Source: an uncultured bacterium (GTDB lineage: Bacteria > Krumholzibacteriota > Krumholzibacteriia > LZORAL124-64-63). From it: 64,000 nt of DNA. A program made the translations under genes and the position numbers. The stretch lies in assembly GCA_963727525.1 (NCBI GenBank), contig CAVSGO010000005.1, positions 416,001 to 480,000 of the forward strand, written 5' to 3'. Positions 23,925 through 35,230 of this stretch are shown piece after piece; the stretch's first letter is position 1; each line of letters begins with the position of its first letter. The notes beneath the pieces were generated by a model. That model saw only the letters and a program-made list of their open reading frames with translations. It was not told the DNA's origin and did not search any database.

Positions 23925-25211
23925 CTAGAACCCCTTGACCTTGATCGTCTCCAGACCGTGGCCGTGCGGCCCGCTCTCGCGCTGGCGCAGCAGCGCCGAG
24001 AAGACGAGGCCCGCCAGGCTCAGCAGCGCGAACATCCAGAGCATGGGCAGGTAGCCCTGGGGATGGTCGGGACCGGCGCCGGCGTGGTCGTTGAGGGCGC
24101 CGGCGCCGACGTTGCAGACGGTCAGGCCGATGTTCTGCAGCATGGTCATCAGGCCGTAGGCCGTGCCCAGGCGGCGAGGGTCGGCCAGGTAGGGCACCGC
24201 CGGCCACATCACCGCAGGGACGAGCGAGAAGGCCAGGCCGATGAGCCCCGTGGAGATCCACAGGCTCCAGTGCGAGTAGGCGAGGATCAGGAACACGGGC
24301 ATCAGGGTAAGCGAGCCGACGGCCATGAACAGGCTGCGCTTGCCGACGCGGTCGACCAGCAGACCGAAGAGGGGCGTGGCGAAGATCGCCGCCAGGAAGA
24401 CATAGCTGTTCATGAGCCCGGCCTTCTCCAGCGACAGGCCGTGAGCGTCCTGGAAGTACTTGATGGCGAAGGTACTGCGGAAGGGGAAGATGACCGAGTA
24501 GAACGTCACGCACAGGCCCACGATGTACCAGTACGACTTGTCGAAGCGCACCAGGTCGCCCCAGACGATGCGATCGGGGGGAGCGGGCCTGGCCAGGTCG
24601 TACTTGGGTTCAGCCGCACGCTCGATCAGCCAGTAGATCACCACGGCCACCAGGCTGATCAGCGCGAAACCACCCGCCAGCAGCAGTGGCTTCTGCCAGC
24701 CCGACGCGTAGATGCCCTTCGCCCAGGCCGGCGAGAGGTCCGCCGCGTAGGAGCCGGCACGCGCGATGCTCAGGTTCAGGCCGAAGGCCAGGCCGAGCTG
24801 CTTGCCCTTGAACCACTGGCCCAGCGCGGCGGTGACCGCCACGATCATGGATTCGGCGCCCAGGCCAAAGACCAGACGGCCGGCGGCCATCACCGCGAAG
24901 GTGCCGGAGATGGCCGTCATGAACGCGCCCACCGCGCAGAGCACCGTGAAGATGAGCGTGGCCCGACGGGTGCCGATGCGGTCGACGATGATCCCACCGA
25001 TGAGCACCATGATGATATTGGGAAAACTGTAGATTGCGTTCAGCGTGCCGAGCTGCGTGTCGCTGAAGCCGAGCTGCCGGCTCAGGATATCCGCCAGCGG
25101 CGCGATGGAGTCGTAGACGTAGTAGTTTCCGAACATGGCCAGACTGGTGAAGATCAGCACCAGCCAGCGCAGCGAGGCGGGCGCCGGCGGTCGGGACGCG
25201 GCGGTGGTCAT
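23925..25211 (-). CDS. MFS transporter
   Basis: About 12 TMs; GIIVDRIGTR and GLLVDRVGKR motif A. Confidence 0.92.
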   Translation of the reverse strand: MTTAASRPPAPASLRWLVLIFTSLAMFGNYYVYDSIAPLADILSRQLGFSDTQLGTLNAIYSFPNIIMVLIGGIIVDRIGTRRATLIFTVLCAVGAFMTAISGTFAVMAAGRLVFGLGAESMIVAVTAALGQWFKGKQLGLAFGLNLSIARAGSYAADLSPAWAKGIYASGWQKPLLLAGGFALISLVAVVIYWLIERAAEPKYDLARPAPPDRIVWGDLVRFDKSYWYIVGLCVTFYSVIFPFRSTFAIKYFQDAHGLSLEKAGLMNSYVFLAAIFATPLFGLLVDRVGKRSLFMAVGSLTLMPVFLILAYSHWSLWISTGLIGLAFSLVPAVMWPAVPYLADPRRLGTAYGLMTMLQNIGLTVCNVGAGALNDHAGAGPDHPQGYLPMLWMFALLSLAGLVFSALLRQRESGPHGHGLETIKVKGF

Positions 25212-25444
25212 CGTAGGCCTTTCCGTGGCAATTCACGTCAGTGACGACGGGCGCGTTCAGTGTAGCCGCGAATCGTGGATATATGGAGGACAAAAAGTGA
25301 TAAGATCAAGGTCGGAGTCATGGATCGCGCGAACCGCGCCAGGCGAGCCCCGTCCGCAATAATCTCGAAACGGGGAGGACCCTGAGATGGATCAACCAAC
25401 CCCTGGACGACGCAGGCAGCGCTTCCTGTATTACGTGGGGAATC

Positions 25445-25819
25445 ATGATGGCTTTTGCGGCAACTGGATCGGCGGCGGTGGTCTACCAGAACGACTTCGA
25501 GTCGCCCACGGGGCCGGAGCGGTCCACCGCTGACCGCGACACCACGCCGCTGGAGGGGCGGATCCTTCTGGGGCGGTTCTCGGGCCAATCGGCCACGTTG
25601 AACCTCACTGGGCCGCCGCCTCACACCGATCTCACGCTGTCCATGGAGCTCGTCGTGATCCTCACCTGGGACAGGAACGGCAACGCCAACCCCGCCATTG
25701 GCCCAGACATCTGGGATCTTACCGCCGGTAGCGGTCCCACGCTCCGGCACACCACCTTCAGCAATGGGCCGCCGGGACCCGATCAACCGCCGCGCCTCCT
25801 TGAGACCCCGTCTGCGTAG
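25445..25819 (+). pseudogene. Truncated secreted-protein fragment
   Basis: YQNDFE...LGRF...LNLTG..PHT...TWD.NG...GPDIWDL; ends abruptly before a low-GC segment. Confidence 0.45.
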
Positions 25820-25911
25820 CCAAGGCCAGAGAGGTACGACATCATCAGTCCATCATAAGCCGATAAAGCCAGAGTTGGCCGTATACATTTAAGAAAGCCT
25901 GGAGTTGTCTT

Positions 25912-26649
25912 GTGGCGAACAGTGTTTCCAATCCCACGTCAGCAGCGATCCGCAATGGATCTGTGGCTTTTGTTCTCATCTGTCTCATTATTGGATTGGA
26001 GTATTGTTTTCGGCACTACCTGATGTTCCTGCCGCCGACTATTGGCACGCTTCGGGTCAATGATATGTTGTCGTTGGTTTGTGCCTACTCCGTCCTTGCC
26101 GGCGGCGTAGGGCTCCTAATGGATGTCGATTGGGTTGGCGAGTTGTCCGGTGTCACCATGGCTCTTCGAGACTGTGTGACTTCTCGGCACTACACCGGGT
26201 GGATCATAACCTCGGCACTGAGCCTGGGACTCCTTCCTGTCCTCGACCGAGTTCTGTGGGCGGGTCTGCATCTCCCCATGCTGATCGGCTCTTATCACAA
26301 CTCCATTGTTTGGCTACCCGCTGCCGCCCCCATTTTGAAGGCTACAACGCTCATCCTTGTCAATGGGCTTTTTGTCCCCGTAGGAGAAGAGTTCCTGTGG
26401 CGAGGAGTGGTACAGCCACGACTTGTGCGTGCCATGCCGGTTCCCTTGGCCATTGGCATCACTGCCGTGTGCTTCTCGTTGAAGCATGTGCTTGTAGATG
26501 CATCGTTCGGTCGCGCTCTGACAATTACGGCCCTGGGAATGGTCTTTGGTGTCCTTGCTTATCGCAGAAACTGGTGGGCATCAGCCGCCCTCCACATCTT
26601 CATCAATACCCTGTCGACAGTGACAGCGCTCGTGCTGGGGCGTATATGA
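25912..26649 (+). CDS. CPBP (CAAX/Abi) intramembrane metalloprotease, lower GC
   Basis: PVGEEFLWRG, FSLKH, HIFIN. Confidence 0.88.
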   Translation: MANSVSNPTSAAIRNGSVAFVLICLIIGLEYCFRHYLMFLPPTIGTLRVNDMLSLVCAYSVLAGGVGLLMDVDWVGELSGVTMALRDCVTSRHYTGWIITSALSLGLLPVLDRVLWAGLHLPMLIGSYHNSIVWLPAAAPILKATTLILVNGLFVPVGEEFLWRGVVQPRLVRAMPVPLAIGITAVCFSLKHVLVDASFGRALTITALGMVFGVLAYRRNWWASAALHIFINTLSTVTALVLGRI

Positions 26650-27301
26650 ACGTCAGAAGAACGCGAAGCAAACGCCAGGTACCATAGGGCCATGGCTCCT
26701 TCCCAACAGATAATTGAGTAGAGTTTCAGATAGCGCACCTTGCAGGAAAGTGCCCCAGGTACCCGCGCAGAGGGCGCGCTCGGGCAGAGGGTCCGATCGG
26801 AAGCACGTGGGGGCATGGGCACCTTCCGTCACCGGGCTGTGTCGGGAGACGGGCCAAGAGCCCGCGGTGCATGGCGTGGGCCTGGTGGCCGTTGGTGCCG
26901 GGCGCCACTGGCATTACGTCTGAATTTCCACGGATAGATCATGCACGAAGTTTTAGTCTTCACAGGCGTCCCTCGAAAGACCATGAATATCTCGATTGAT
27001 GTGCGGGATCTTCGGGCCCGTCGTGGTCGGCGCGAGCCAGCGCTGACCGGATCTCTTTCCCGTCCTGAGGGTCCTGGCCGACCGTAAGGGTATTGCGGCG
27101 CGATTCCTGTTGCATCATCCACTGGGCGCAGGAGTAAGGTGTTGGGAAAAGTGAATGGAATGCCCTCATGATAGCGGGAACGCGGCGGACGCTAACCCGC
27201 TGAAGCAGCGCCGAGCGCCGGACGAAGATCGGGCCCTCCTCCTGGCCTACCTGCGACGCTGAAGCTATGTATAGCCCAGGCATCCCACGAGAGGACCCAT
27301 C

Positions 27302-28660
27302 ATGACCCGCCGCTTCGATGTCCTGATCATCGGCACCGGCACGGCCGCCAGCAACGCCGCCCTGCCCTGCGCCGCGGCCGGCCTCGAGGTCGCCGTCGTC
27401 GACGCCCGCGCCTACGGCGGCACCTGCGCCCGCCGCGGCTGCCAGCCCAAGAAGTTCCTCGTCGCCGCCGCCGAGGTGACGGCGCTGAGCCATGACCTGC
27501 ACGGCCGCGGCATCGGCGCGCCGGCCACACTCGACTGGCCGGCCCTGCATCGCAGCCAGCGCGCGTTCACCGATCCGGTCCCCGCCAGCACGCAGCGGCA
27601 CTTCCGCGACGCGGGCATCACCACCCTGCATGGCCGCGCGCGGTTCACTGGACGCACCACCGTCGTCATCGAGGGGCCGGATGCGGGCGAGATCGACGCC
27701 GCCACGATCGTCGTCGCCACCGGCGCCCGACCCGCGCCGCTCGCCTTCTCCGGCCACGACCTGCTGATCACGAGCGAGGACTTCCTGGCGCTCGCCGCGT
27801 TGCCACGCCGGCTCGTCTGCGTGGGTGGCGGTTTCATCGCGCTCGAGTTCGCGCACGTGGCCGCGCGCGCCGGCGTGGCGGTGACGGTGGTCGACCAGGG
27901 ACCGCGTATCCTGTCACGCTTCGACGCCGACCTCGTGGCCACGCTGACCGCGGCCACGCGCGAGGCCGGCATCGCCATCCGGACGGGCGCCGCGGTGACC
28001 GCGGTGGCCCGTGACGACGACGCCTTCATTGTGCATACCACCGACGGCGGCCCGCCGTTGCCCGCCGACCTCGTGCTCCACGCCGCCGGCCGCGTCCCCG
28101 CCCTCGACGATCTCGACCTCGACGCCGCCGACGTGGCCGCCGGCGACGACGGTATCATCGTGGACGCCGGCCTGCGCAGCCGCACGAATCCCGCCGTATT
28201 CGCCATCGGCGACGCCTGCGCCCTGCTGCCCCACCTCGCGCCACCCGCCGATCAGGCGGGCGCCGCAGCCGCGGCCAACATCATCGCCGGTCGCAACGTC
28301 CGCGAACTCGACGCCCGGATCGTGGCCACGGTGGTCTTCACCTTGCCGCCCCTGGCGTCGGTGGGCATGACCGCCGAACAGGCCGCCGACGCGGGCGAAG
28401 CCGTCACCATCGTCCAGCGCGACATGAGCACCTGGCCCACCGCCCGCCGCCGCGGCCAGCGCTTCGCTGCCAGCAAGGTGATGCAACGCGCACGCGACGG
28501 CCGCCTCCTCGGTGCCCACGTCCTCGGCCACGGCGCCGCCGACGTCATCAACGTCTTCGCCCTGGCGATCGCTCAGAAGCTGACGGCGGCGGACCTGCAG
28601 CGCATGATGTGGGCGTATCCGACGGCGACGTCGGACGTGAAGGGGATGGTGCAGACATAG
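27302..28660 (+). CDS. Pyridine nucleotide-disulfide oxidoreductase (glutathione-reductase-like)
   Basis: GTGTA, GGTCARRGCQPKK, GGGFIALE, AIGD, AYPT. Confidence 0.92.
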   Translation: MTRRFDVLIIGTGTAASNAALPCAAAGLEVAVVDARAYGGTCARRGCQPKKFLVAAAEVTALSHDLHGRGIGAPATLDWPALHRSQRAFTDPVPASTQRHFRDAGITTLHGRARFTGRTTVVIEGPDAGEIDAATIVVATGARPAPLAFSGHDLLITSEDFLALAALPRRLVCVGGGFIALEFAHVAARAGVAVTVVDQGPRILSRFDADLVATLTAATREAGIAIRTGAAVTAVARDDDAFIVHTTDGGPPLPADLVLHAAGRVPALDDLDLDAADVAAGDDGIIVDAGLRSRTNPAVFAIGDACALLPHLAPPADQAGAAAAANIIAGRNVRELDARIVATVVFTLPPLASVGMTAEQAADAGEAVTIVQRDMSTWPTARRRGQRFAASKVMQRARDGRLLGAHVLGHGAADVINVFALAIAQKLTAADLQRMMWAYPTATSDVKGMVQT

Positions 28661-28819
28661 CGCGACCCTCGTCCCGGAATAGGGACTTCACCGCACCCCA
28701 GGTCGTGTCTCGAATCACGCCACGGCCACGACTCGAAGCGACCGCCTTGCTCGTCATCGCGATTTCATGTAGAAGAGCCGATTTGACGTGCCTGGGGTAG
28801 CCTGCAAATACTCCAGAAG

Positions 28820-28930
28820 CTGGCGGGGCGACTGCTCGCCGTCCTGGCCGACGGATCGGGGACCTACGTGTGCCGGTTGCGCGTCGGTCCGACGGACCTC
28901 AGTCGCAAGTGCACGCTGCTGTCTAAACGG
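28820..28930 (+). pseudogene. Internally deleted FlgD-Ig tail remnant
   Basis: LAGRLLAVLADG-SGTYVCRL...RKCTLL matches the tails of the 21161 and 39477 proteins minus the WDG segment. Confidence 0.55.
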
Positions 28931-29018
28931 GTGGCGAGGCGCTTTGGGGGCCTGGTCATCACATCCTCCTGAGCGGGCGGCCGGGCCTCTCCTTGCCAGC
29001 CCGGCCGGTAACTGGCGT

Positions 29019-29048
29019 TTGACATTATACCGAAACCTTCGCTACGCT
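29019..29048 (+). promoter_or_regulatory. Sigma-70-type promoter of the Liv operon
   Basis: TTGACA-N18-TACGCT. Confidence 0.55.
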
Positions 29049-29095
29049 GTTGCGCGGAGGGTGGGGATTGGAGTCCAGAAAGGGGCGTTCAGATC

Positions 29096-30310
29096 ATGAA
29101 ACGATCGATCGTGGCCCTGCTTCTCTCGTTGACGCTCATCGCGGTACTTCCAGCGGGCTCCTTCGCCAAGGACATCGTGATCGGCTTCACGGCTTCGCAG
29201 ACCGGCCGGCTCAACGCCGATTCGGTGCCACAATTGAATGGCTTCGAACTTTGGCGCGACCAGGTCAACGCCGCCGGCGGCATCCAGGTCGGCAAGGACA
29301 AGTACCCCGTGAAGTTCGTCATGTATGACGACCAGTCTATCTCGAACCGGGTGCAGGAGCTCTATGCGCGGCTCGTCACGTCGGACAAGGCCGACTTCCT
29401 ATTCAGTCCGTACTCCTCCGGTTTGACCGCCACGTCGGCGATCATCTCCGAGCAGTACGGGAAGATCATGGTCACGACCGGCGCCGCCGAGGGCAAGACG
29501 TACACGCTGGGCAACCAGTACCTGTTCCAGATGTACACGCCTGCCGATCATTACCTCGCCAGCGCGCTGGACGCAGCCGCCTCCCGCGATCCGCAGGCGA
29601 CGCTCGCGCTGATCTACTCGAACGACGGTTTCTCCAGCGCGGCGGCCAAGGGCGGCAAGGATCACGCCGACCAGCTGAAGCTGCCGATCGCCATCGACGA
29701 GTCGTACGATCCGGCGACGGCCGACTTCAGCCCGATCCTCAACAAGGTGGTCACCTCGAAAGCGACGATGCTGATCGGGGGCGGCCATTTCGCCGACGGT
29801 AGCACGCTGGCGCGTCAGCTCTTCGAGCAGAAGATGGGCCTGAAGATGGTGTGCCTGCTCGTGGCGCCGGACGCGGAGAAGTTCGCGGAGCTCGGCGATG
29901 CGGCCCTCGGCGTCTCGGTTCCCTCGCAGTGGGAGCCGCAGGTCACCTTCAAGCCGGACTTCGGGCCCACCGCCGAGGCCTTCACCCACGACTACCAATC
30001 GAAGTACGGCGAGCTGCCCGCGTATCACGCGGCCGGCGGCTACGCGGCGGGGCTGATCCTGCAGCACGCGATCGAGACGGCAGGCAGCCTGGACACCGAC
30101 AAGGTCAAGAAGGTGCTCGACGGCATGGACGTCACGACGTTCTACGGCCATGTGAAGTTCGCCGGCGGGGCCGAGCAGCACGGTTTGCAGATCGGCCACG
30201 ACATGGTGCTCGCGCAGTGGCAGAAGGACGCGCACGGCAAGCTGGTCAAGCAGGTCGTCTGGCCCACGTCGGCGGCGACGGCGCCGTTGATGTACCCGAT
30301 CCGGCAGTGA
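29096..30310 (+). CDS. Liv/HAAT ABC substrate-binding protein
   Basis: Signal peptide; NAAGGI, YDDQS, FSPYSSGLT. Confidence 0.92.
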   Translation: MKRSIVALLLSLTLIAVLPAGSFAKDIVIGFTASQTGRLNADSVPQLNGFELWRDQVNAAGGIQVGKDKYPVKFVMYDDQSISNRVQELYARLVTSDKADFLFSPYSSGLTATSAIISEQYGKIMVTTGAAEGKTYTLGNQYLFQMYTPADHYLASALDAAASRDPQATLALIYSNDGFSSAAAKGGKDHADQLKLPIAIDESYDPATADFSPILNKVVTSKATMLIGGGHFADGSTLARQLFEQKMGLKMVCLLVAPDAEKFAELGDAALGVSVPSQWEPQVTFKPDFGPTAEAFTHDYQSKYGELPAYHAAGGYAAGLILQHAIETAGSLDTDKVKKVLDGMDVTTFYGHVKFAGGAEQHGLQIGHDMVLAQWQKDAHGKLVKQVVWPTSAATAPLMYPIRQ

Positions 30311-30320
30311 CGGGGCCGCG

Positions 30321-31181
30321 ATGGGTGTCCTGGTGTCCCTCATCAATGGACTCTTGCTCGGAGCGGTGTACGGTCTGGCCGCGATCGGTCTGACCCTGAT
30401 CTTCGGCGTCATGAAGGTCATCAACCTGGCCCACGGCGCCATGATCGCCCTCGGGATGTTCGCGGTGTACTTCCTCGCCAGCGGTCTGGGGATCAGCCCG
30501 TACCTGACCCTACCGCTGGCGGGGGTGATCGGCTTCGCGCTGGGCATCGGCATCTACTGGTCAGCCGTGCACCGGGTGATCGGCCGCGCCGAGCTGATGA
30601 GCCTGCTGGCCACCTTCGCCGTGAGCATGGTCGTGATCGGCCTGGGCACGGCGCTGTGGAGCACGAGCCCGCGCAACGTGCGCGTCAGCTTGCCGGGGGT
30701 CACGCTCGGCGGCTACACGATTGCCGGACATCACTTCGTGGCGGCCGGCATCGCGCTTCTGTTCGCCGGGGCCCTCTTCGCCTTCATGAATTACACGCGG
30801 CAGGGCAAGGCGATCCGCGCCGTGGCGAGCAACCGTGACGCGGCCGAGCTGATGGGCATCCCTTCGGCGCAGACCCTGGCTGTCGCGTTCGGTATCGGCA
30901 TCGCGATCGCGAGCCTCGCCGGTGCGTTGCTCGCGACCCTTTTTCCCTTCACGATCCTCTCGGGCGGCGGCTACGAACTCAAGAGCTTCGTCGTCACCGT
31001 GCTGGGCGGTCTCGGCAACCCGGCCGGCGCGGTGATCGGCGGACTCCTGCTGGGCGGTATCGAGGGCGCAGTGAGTCCCTTCGTGCCGGTGAGCTGGACG
31101 CCCGTGATCGAGTTCAGCCTGTTCGTCCTGATCCTCGTGGTATTTCCGCAGGGCTTGCTGCGGCCGCGCGGGGGGCATTGA
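30321..31181 (+). CDS. Liv ABC permease (LivH-like)
   Basis: GLTLIFGVMKVINLAHG, GKAIRAV, VLGGLG. Confidence 0.92.
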   Translation: MGVLVSLINGLLLGAVYGLAAIGLTLIFGVMKVINLAHGAMIALGMFAVYFLASGLGISPYLTLPLAGVIGFALGIGIYWSAVHRVIGRAELMSLLATFAVSMVVIGLGTALWSTSPRNVRVSLPGVTLGGYTIAGHHFVAAGIALLFAGALFAFMNYTRQGKAIRAVASNRDAAELMGIPSAQTLAVAFGIGIAIASLAGALLATLFPFTILSGGGYELKSFVVTVLGGLGNPAGAVIGGLLLGGIEGAVSPFVPVSWTPVIEFSLFVLILVVFPQGLLRPRGGH

Positions 31182-32140
31182 TGCTGAAACGCCCCTTTCC
31201 CTGGATCGCCCTGGCCGTTACCGCGGTCTTCGCCGTGCTGCCCGTCTGGCAGGGGATCGGCGTGCGCGAAAGCCTCTTCCTGGCCGCCGTCTACATGATC
31301 TTGACGCTCAACCTGAACCTGATGACCGGCTACACCGGCTACGTGAACTTCGGCAGCATCGTTTTCTTCGGCCTCGGCGGCACGATCGGCCTGTTCTTCG
31401 TCGCCGGCCTGGGCTGGCCCCTGTGGGTGGCACTGCTGCTCGCGGCCGTGGGCGTCGGCGGGCTCGCGCTCGTGCTCGGACTGGGGATTCTGCGCCTACG
31501 CGGGGCGTACTTCGCGCTGGCGACGATCGGCGTGGTGGAGGCGACCAAGGCGTTCACCGCCAACTTCGGGCCCTTCGGCGGGTCGACCGGCCTGTACGTG
31601 TCGTTCTCGGCGTACGCGCCCCTGGGCGGTCCGCGCCAGGCTTTGTGGGTCGTCTACTACGCGATGCTGGCGCTGCTGCTGATCTCGATGCTGGGCACCT
31701 ACGCCATCAAGCGGTCACGTTTCGGTCTGGGGCTCTTCGCGATCCGCGAGGACGAGGACGCGGCGATGTCGCTCGGCGTGCACGCGCCGCGGTACAAGGC
31801 GGTCGTCTATTGCCTGTCCTCGCTGGTGCCGGCGCTGGCAGGGGTCCTCTTCTTCTTCAAGAACGGCGTCGTGCAGCCCGACCAGGCCTTCGACCTGACG
31901 CTGTCGATCGAGGCGATCGTGATGATGATGCTTGGCGGACAGGGTACGGTGGCCGGTGCGGCGATCGGCGCCTTCTTCTACGAGCAGTTCCGCGGCTACC
32001 TCGTCACCTCGCCCACGTTCTCGAGTTTCCATCTGATCATCGCCGGCGTTCTGCTGCTGGTGATCGTACTCTTCGCGCCGGGCGGCTTCGTCGGCTGGCT
32101 GCACGAGCGCTGGCCCGTGACGCGGAAGGTGCTGGAGTGA
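31181..32140 (+). CDS. Liv ABC permease (LivM-like)
   Basis: [29 protein letters not shown]. Confidence 0.92.
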   Translation: MLKRPFPWIALAVTAVFAVLPVWQGIGVRESLFLAAVYMILTLNLNLMTGYTGYVNFGSIVFFGLGGTIGLFFVAGLGWPLWVALLLAAVGVGGLALVLGLGILRLRGAYFALATIGVVEATKAFTANFGPFGGSTGLYVSFSAYAPLGGPRQALWVVYYAMLALLLISMLGTYAIKRSRFGLGLFAIREDEDAAMSLGVHAPRYKAVVYCLSSLVPALAGVLFFFKNGVVQPDQAFDLTLSIEAIVMMMLGGQGTVAGAAIGAFFYEQFRGYLVTSPTFSSFHLIIAGVLLLVIVLFAPGGFVGWLHERWPVTRKVLE

Positions 32141-32892
32141 CGCGCCTGCTCGAGGTCCGTGGCCTGCACAAGCGCTTCGGCGGCGTGCACGCCGTCGACG
32201 ATGTCAGCCTCGAGCTGGACAGGGGCGAGATCCTGGGACTGATCGGTCCCAATGGCGCAGGCAAGACAACGCTCTTCAATCTGATCAATGGCGCGATCCC
32301 GCCCGACGAAGGCCGGGTCATCATCGAGGGCCAGGATGTCACCGGCCGTCCATCCTACGATATCGTGGCGCGCGGCCTGGCGCGCACCCACCAGATCGTG
32401 CGACCCCTGCGCGAGATGACCGTGCGGGACAACATCGTGGTCGGGGCGTGCTTCGGTGCCGAGCGCCTCGGCCTGCCCGCGGCACGCGGGCGCGCCGATG
32501 AGGTGATGCACGCGGTCGGCCTCTACGATCGCCGCGACGTGCTGGCGCGCCAGCTCACCCTGGGCGGCAAGAAGCGCCTGGAGGTGGCCCGCGCGCTTGC
32601 GGGCCAGCCGCGGCTGCTCCTGCTGGACGAGGTGCTCGCCGGGTTGAATCCCACCGAGATCGGCGGCATGATCGAAGTCATCCGCAAGATTCGCGACGAA
32701 CGTGGCCTGGGTATCCTGATCATCGAGCATCTCATGCAGGCGATCATGAACCTCTCGGACCGGATCCTGGTGCTGAACTTCGGCGCGGTGCTCGCCTCGG
32801 GTACGCCCGCCGAGATCTCCCATGATCCGGCCGTTGTCACCGCATACCTGGGTGATCCCGAACTCGCGGAGAAACTGATGGAGCGCAAGTGA
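32137..32892 (+). CDS. Liv ABC ATPase (LivG-like)
   Basis: [17 protein letters not shown]. Confidence 0.92.
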   Translation: MTRLLEVRGLHKRFGGVHAVDDVSLELDRGEILGLIGPNGAGKTTLFNLINGAIPPDEGRVIIEGQDVTGRPSYDIVARGLARTHQIVRPLREMTVRDNIVVGACFGAERLGLPAARGRADEVMHAVGLYDRRDVLARQLTLGGKKRLEVARALAGQPRLLLLDEVLAGLNPTEIGGMIEVIRKIRDERGLGILIIEHLMQAIMNLSDRILVLNFGAVLASGTPAEISHDPAVVTAYLGDPELAEKLMERK

Positions 32893-33605
32893 GCGACACG
32901 GTTCTCAGCGTCGAGGCACTCGAAGCCGGTTACGGCGAGGTGCAGATCCTGTGGGGCATCTCGCTGCTGGTCGCCAGCGGCCAGCTGACGACCATTGTCG
33001 GAGCCAACGGCGCCGGCAAGACGACCACGCTGCGCAGCATCGCCGGCACCTTGCGGCCGACCGGTGGGCGCATCACCTTCGAGGGCCAGGACATCACGCG
33101 CCTGTCCGCGCACGAGAAGGCCGACCGCGGCATCGTTCTGGTGCCCGAGGGTCGGCAACTCTTCGCCGACATGACCGTGGCCGAGAACCTGGAGATGGGG
33201 GCCTACGCGCGGCGCGCGCACGCCCACCTCGCGCGCAATCGCGACCGAGTCTGCGAGACGTTTCCACGGCTGAAGGAGCGCCTGCGCCAGAAGGCGGGCA
33301 CCCTCTCAGGCGGCGAGCAGCAGATGCTGGCGCTGGCGCGCGGCCTGATGGCCGGGCCCGAGGTCCTGATGATCGACGAGATGTCGGTGGGTCTGGCGCC
33401 CGTGCTCGCGCAGCAGCTCTTCCAGACGCTGAAGGACCTGCGCGACGGCGGCCTGACCGTGCTCCTGGTCGAGCAGAACGTGCATCTGGCCCTCGCACTG
33501 GCCGATCACGCCTACGTGATGGCCGAGGGCAGGGTGTCGATGGACGGACCAGCGCGCGAGATCGCCGGCCGCGACGAGGTCCGCCGCACTTACCTCGGTC
33601 TCTAG
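32889..33605 (+). CDS. Liv ABC ATPase (LivF-like)
   Basis: [21 protein letters not shown]. Confidence 0.93.
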   Translation: MSDTVLSVEALEAGYGEVQILWGISLLVASGQLTTIVGANGAGKTTTLRSIAGTLRPTGGRITFEGQDITRLSAHEKADRGIVLVPEGRQLFADMTVAENLEMGAYARRAHAHLARNRDRVCETFPRLKERLRQKAGTLSGGEQQMLALARGLMAGPEVLMIDEMSVGLAPVLAQQLFQTLKDLRDGGLTVLLVEQNVHLALALADHAYVMAEGRVSMDGPAREIAGRDEVRRTYLGL

Positions 33606-33659
33606 CGCTTCAATCCATGCCGGAGCACGATCTTCAGCAGCGAGCCGTGGTCGGCAAGA

Positions 33660-34037
33660 CCCCAGCAGGGACAGGAGCTCGATCGGCGGATCTGCAGCGG
33701 GGACCTCACCGGAAGCCCCGCGATCCCGTGATCGATCATCCGTGGCCGGTCCTCGTTGCTGGGCACATGACCGAAACGGAAACCGTGCTCCTGGACGAAA
33801 TCTCTCATCCCCCGCAGCGACTGCAGCCGCGTGCACTGCCCCGGCTGGCGGGTGGGCGAGCAAGCCGGAGACCTCAGGAATCCGCATGGCGTGGCGTCCC
33901 GGCCCGCTGTCGCGCAGGTAACCCTCAGGATGCTTGGTCACCCTCTTGGTCGCGTTCTGGCTGAAGGCCTGCAGTGGGCGCCACACAAGGGACCGGACCA
34001 GGTATCCCTTGAGGAGGGCTTCGTAGTCTCGCTTCAT
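33660..34037 (-). pseudogene. AAA+/DUF4143 ATP-binding protein remnant
   Basis: MKRDYEALL fused directly to NATKRVTKHPEGYLRDSG (DUF4143-like); ATPase core missing; frameshifted. Confidence 0.6.
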
Positions 34038-34040
34038 GGG

Positions 34041-34094
34041 GGATAGACAAAAAAACTACGTTTTCGGAACCGGTCTCCCCCGTGCGCCGGCTCG
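34041..34094 (-). repeat. Second copy of the IS91-like terminal sequence
   Basis: 33/41 identity by hand alignment to 36200-36240. Confidence 0.6.
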
Positions 34095-34754
34095 GTCCTG
34101 ATCCGCCACCGCGGCCACGAAGGCGGTCAGCTTCACCGGATCCAGAGCACCGTCGGTCCTGACCCCGGAACAGACGTCCACACCGAACGGCGCGGTGGTG
34201 GCCATCGCGGCGGCGACGTTGTCCGGTCGTAATCCACCGGCCACAAGGACCGGCACCGCCCCAGCCTGCACGATGCACCGGCTGAGCGCCCAGTCGTGCA
34301 CGCGCCCGGTGCCGCCGAGCTCGCGCACCGCGGCGCCTGGCCGGCCGGAATCCAGGAGCAGCGCATCCACGAATGGGGCGCAGCGTGACGCCTGCCCGAG
34401 TGCGCTCTCGTCCGCCACGTGGATCGCCTGCACGATCTTCACGGCGGGACAGCGATCGCGCAGGGCGCGGTACGTGGCCTCGGGCACGGTATCGACGAGT
34501 TGCACGACGCCCGTCCGACACATCAGGACGTGTTCGACGACGTCGTCGGGCGCGGTCCGACACGTGAGCAGGAACGTCGCCACCGGCGGTGGCACCAGGT
34601 CGGCAATCGTCGCGATGAGCCCGTCAGGGATGGGGCCCGGTCCGCTCGGCATCGCCGACACGAGCCCGATTGCGTCGGCACCCGCGTCGATGGCCAGACG
34701 CGCCTCCTCGACGCTCATGATGCAGCAGATCTTGATGCGGGTTCGTCGGAACAT
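34056..34754 (-). CDS. trpF: Phosphoribosylanthranilate isomerase-family protein (orphan)
   Basis: IKICCI, LLLDSG, GGTGRVHDW, AGGLRPDNV, GVDVCSGV. Confidence 0.85.
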   Translation of the reverse strand: MFRRTRIKICCIMSVEEARLAIDAGADAIGLVSAMPSGPGPIPDGLIATIADLVPPPVATFLLTCRTAPDDVVEHVLMCRTGVVQLVDTVPEATYRALRDRCPAVKIVQAIHVADESALGQASRCAPFVDALLLDSGRPGAAVRELGGTGRVHDWALSRCIVQAGAVPVLVAGGLRPDNVAAAMATTAPFGVDVCSGVRTDGALDPVKLTAFVAAVADQDRAGARGRPVPKT

Positions 34755-34929
34755 GGCGACGATTCTAGCACGCGGGAGCGCACCTGTCCCGCCCGGCTCC
34801 GCACTGGGCCGAACCGCCCGAGCGGTGATTTCAAGGCCAGGTTCGGTCCCAACCTTGCCGGCGTCGTCGCACTGATCACTGAGGGCACCACGTTGACCCC
34901 GGCCACGTCCTGACCGGGCGCACCGCCGT

Positions 34930-35230
34930 CTACTTCGGCGGCCACAGGTAGAGCCAGGTCGGATCCTCGCCGGCATCGACGGCGGCGATCGCCTCCTGGA
35001 TAACGCGGCCGAACGTGTCATGCACGTCGACGTCCGCCACGGAGCGCCAGCACGCGCCGGCCTCGTCGTGAGCTCCGGCCATCCAGCGGCACAACCCGTA
35101 GAAGTAGGCGTTGACGAGGCGACCATGCGGTCGCTCGTCTTCCATCAAACGAGCGAAAATCTCCTCTGCTTCCTTGCGGTGTCCTCGTTGCATGAGGACG
35201 ACGCCGAGCGTGTTGTCCTCCTCCGCACCG
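34930..35230 (-). pseudogene. TPR protein C-terminal fragment
   Basis: NTLGVVLMQRGHRKEAEEIF; abuts an AT-rich segment. Confidence 0.45.

Noticed and set aside
25859-25866. Perfect GCCGATAA upstream of the CPBP gene
   Set aside because: No TAAA/TCAA at 15 nt spacing
27125-27147. Third copy of the MITE end (PTPYSC)
   Set aside because: Match is too short and does not extend
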